From an uncultured bacterium (GTDB lineage: Bacteria; Krumholzibacteriota; Krumholzibacteriia; JACNKJ01), in NCBI GenBank assembly GCA_963695095.1, contig CAVOFT010000001.1, positions 3,072,001 through 3,136,000 on the forward strand: 64,000 bases of DNA, in the 5' to 3' direction. The position numbers and the translations under genes were made by a program. The stretch's first letter is position 1. Every line of letters begins with the position of its first letter. The notes beneath the pieces are model-generated. The model had not been told where the DNA came from, searched no databases, and worked only from the letters and a program-made list of their open reading frames with translations. Of the stretch, positions 63,102 to 64,000 are shown in pieces.

Positions 63102-64000
63102 CTACCTCCGCCCCCGCAAGCGACCCTTCTTCATGAATCCGTCGTAGTGCCGCATGAAGAGGTGGCTCTCGATCTGCTGCAGGGTATCCAGCATCACGCC
63201 GACCACGATCAGCAGCCCCGTGCCGCCGAAGTAGAAGGGGACGTGGAACTGGCGGATCAGGATGTCGGGCAGAACGGCGATGAACGCCAGGAAGACGGCA
63301 CCCGGCAACGTGATCCGACTCAACGCGCGATCGATGAAGCCGGCGGTGCTCTTGCCCGGCCGAATGCCGGGAATGAAGCCGCCGAATTTCTTCATGTTTT
63401 CGGCCATGTCCACCGGATTGAGCACGATGGCCGTGTAGAAGTAGGTAAAGAAGATGATGATCAGCGTGTACAGGATGATGTACAAGGGCGACCCGGGCGA
63501 CATCAAGCGCGTGATGGTGTCCATGGTCACGTTGCCCTGGAACATGCTCGAGATCGTCGCCGGGAACATCACGATCGACTGCGCGAAGATGATCGGGATC
63601 ACGCCGGCGGTGTTCACGCGCAGCGGAATGTGCGTGTTCTGCCCGCCGTAGACCCGCCGGCCCACCACCCGCTTCGGGTACTGCACCGGGATGCGCCGCT
63701 GGCCCTGGGTCATGTAGATGATGCCGGCGATGACCAGCACCATCATGGCCAGCATCACCAGCCCGCCCAGGTAGGACATCTGCTTCGTGCGCAGGGCCTG
63801 CACCGTGTTGATCAGGTCGAGCGGGTAGCGGGCGATGATGCCGATCGTGATGATCAGGCTGATCCCGTTGCCGATGCCGCGCTCCGAGATCTGCTCGCCC
63901 AACCACATGACGAAGATCGTGCCCGTGGTGAGCGTCAGCATCACCATCAACTTGAAGCCGAAGCCAGACGCCGGAGACGACATCCGTGCCCATCGACTCC
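63102..64000 (-). CDS. secY: preprotein translocase SecY, 5'-truncated by window edge
   Basis: [47 protein letters not shown]. Confidence 0.97.
   Translation of the reverse strand, partial: SRWARMSSPASGFGFKLMVMLTLTTGTIFVMWLGEQISERGIGNGISLIITIGIIARYPLDLINTVQALRTKQMSYLGGLVMLAMMVLVIAGIIYMTQGQRRIPVQYPKRVVGRRVYGGQNTHIPLRVNTAGVIPIIFAQSIVMFPATISSMFQGNVTMDTITRLMSPGSPLYIILYTLIIIFFTYFYTAIVLNPVDMAENMKKFGGFIPGIRPGKSTAGFIDRALSRITLPGAVFLAFIAVLPDILIRQFHVPFYFGGTGLLIVVGVMLDTLQQIESHLFMRHYDGFMKKGRLRGRR

Overview
GC-rich bacterial chromosomal window. It is most likely from an FCB-superphylum candidate lineage (Krumholzibacteriota/Latescibacterota/Eisenbacteria-like); this is inferred from six secreted proteins with FlgD-Ig/T9SS-like C-terminal domains and three with a short 'S(T/F/V)xxIKxLY/F' tail. 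Left to right it holds: partial pepF; a membrane Ser/Thr kinase-TPR gene followed by a small protein ending in DPTIIIDD; a saccharopine dehydrogenase paralog; a DUF3857/transglutaminase pair; a solitary HNH endonuclease gene with an internal parS-like palindrome; an OFA-family transporter; a split LKR + SDH saccharopine pathway; glucan phosphorylase; many secreted proteins; a fermentative operon (PFOR, DHODH-like flavoprotein, ADP-forming acyl-CoA synthetase, CoA-transferase-GNAT fusion); a stand-alone EF-G paralog with a RecA/KaiC-like ATPase; ferritin; Hpt/sixA/ppx/ppk2; SRPBCC and DUF378 genes around a CarH/LitR-like operator; a rimB-rimK-M14 peptidase operon; tRNA-Asn; and the end of the spc/alpha operon (secY to rplQ). 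Several genes, including essential adk and especially PFOR, carry single-base frameshifts that look like sequencing or assembly errors. No CRISPR array, rRNA, transposase or integrase was seen. The best candidates for undescribed biology are the HNH gene with its internal palindrome, the kinase-TPR plus Asp-Pro small-protein pair, and the short C-terminal sorting tag. All family assignments come from motif recognition, not database searches.
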